DNA from: a virus
Taxonomy: Duplodnaviria > Heunggongvirae > Uroviricota > Caudoviricetes
Strand: one strand, 5' to 3'
DNA length: 23,319 nt
Virus record (IMG/VR): IMGVR_UViG_3300009095_001812
Span: 184,990-208,308 of that record
Shown here: one piece after another, positions 22,334-23,319 of the stretch
Layout of the letters: each line of letters starts with the position of its first letter
How positions within the stretch are numbered: position 1 is the first letter of the stretch
The notes under the pieces: generated by a model
The model's input: the letters and a program-made list of their open reading frames with translations, nothing else
Databases searched by the model: none
Told to the model about the DNA's origin: nothing
Made by a program: the position numbers and the translations under genes

Positions 22334-22530
22334 TAGAATAGGTTTCCCTGAGAATCAATCATACCCTCGTACCCACACCAGTTGCACTTGGCGTGAATAG
22401 AGTACCCATCCATCCTAAGATGGGTTCTACTCCCATGCCACCCAATGTAACAAAAAAATCTTTTGACAGGATTTTTGGTGGGAATTACCGAATGATCAAG
22501 TTGTACACTCTTTATATTATTTGAGTTCAT
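22333..22530 (-). CDS. Hypothetical protein
   Basis: 65 aa; CYIGWH..CNWCG. Confidence 0.55.
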   Translation of the reverse strand: MNSNNIKSVQLDHSVIPTKNPVKRFFCYIGWHGSRTHLRMDGYSIHAKCNWCGYEGMIDSQGNLF

Positions 22531-23197
22531 ATTTCAACTTTCTTGCTAATCTAGAAATACCAACCTCTGTCTTACAATCACAAATATCAATAGCGTCTTC
22601 AAAAGACATCAAAGTACACTCCCCATACTTTTCTAATGGAGAACCATCTTCAGACGGAATTCCTCTTTTCATTCCGGTTACATCAACACAGAACCACCAA
22701 AGCAATTCTGGCATTGTTCCAACAGATCCCCATAGTGGTTTTCCAAGCACATCAACTTTAGGAACTTCAAAACCAGTTTCTTCTAACAACTCTCTTACAC
22801 CAGCTTGTGAAGGGGTTTCTCCTTCATCAATCAGTCCTGCTGGAAGTTCCCATGTAGAAGCGTCTTCACAAACGGGAAGCTCAAATCTAAGAGCTAGATT
22901 AGGTCGAACACAACTTCGTAACCAAATCCTTGGACTCTCTTCCGAAAGATCATAAGCGCACACTACAGCAGCATCACGCCTGGTTCTATCGATTACATCG
23001 TAGACAAGTGGTTCACATTCTTCTCCATTAGGATACTGAAGCTTCATCTTCATATGACGAAGAGTAAGAAATGATTTCTCGGGAGATTCAATATCACCGA
23101 GGTGTACGAGTTTGATTTCGGGAGGGTTCTTTACCATATCAAAAATATCAGTGCTAATGCTAAAATTTGAAGAAAACATTGAAGCAATATCATACAT
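22517..23197 (-). CDS. Nudix hydrolase (ADP-ribose pyrophosphatase-like)
   Basis: Nudix box WELPAGLIDEGETPSQAGVRELLEETGF. Confidence 0.88.
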   Translation of the reverse strand: MYDIASMFSSNFSISTDIFDMVKNPPEIKLVHLGDIESPEKSFLTLRHMKMKLQYPNGEECEPLVYDVIDRTRRDAAVVCAYDLSEESPRIWLRSCVRPNLALRFELPVCEDASTWELPAGLIDEGETPSQAGVRELLEETGFEVPKVDVLGKPLWGSVGTMPELLWWFCVDVTGMKRGIPSEDGSPLEKYGECTLMSFEDAIDICDCKTEVGISRLARKLKYELK

Positions 23198-23319
23198 TTT
23201 CTTTTAAAAAGTTCAAGATCAACAGTGTACTTAATCAAGTACTTGATACGATCAATTGAAATATCATATGAATCAAAATTAATGGATTCTTTTTCTAAAG
23301 CCTCAAGGAATTCACTAGC

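Overview
AT-rich fragment of what is most likely a huge (jumbo) bacteriophage genome, read with the standard bacterial code. Positions 1-11.7 kb are a minus-strand tRNA super-cluster with 20 full-length tRNA or tRNA-like genes and 5 half-tRNA remnants. It is interleaved with five large HNH endonuclease genes, a PAS-GGDEF diguanylate cyclase and small hypothetical genes. The most striking unannotated signal is a family of 8 dispersed ncRNA-like elements. They share a covarying two-helix scaffold (5' ACGCGC..TTCATC ... TTTCG 3') enclosing interchangeable tRNA-like modules, mostly circularly permuted (T-arm, acceptor hairpin, D-arm), which is the architecture of bacterial YrlA-type Y RNAs. Four HNH genes are each flanked by an intact tRNA and a broken half-tRNA of apparently the same class, and the three 3' halves all start at the anticodon loop. 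Positions 12-23.3 kb hold hypothetical genes, a PIN-PhoH gene with a 400-aa intein, and an S2P/ClpP/Pth2/OGFr-like/Nudix cluster. They also hold a CRISPR mini-array plus two solitary repeats resembling CasPhi (Cas12j) repeats. No cas or Ro60 gene is in the window. All RNA structures were folded by eye and no database searches were run.
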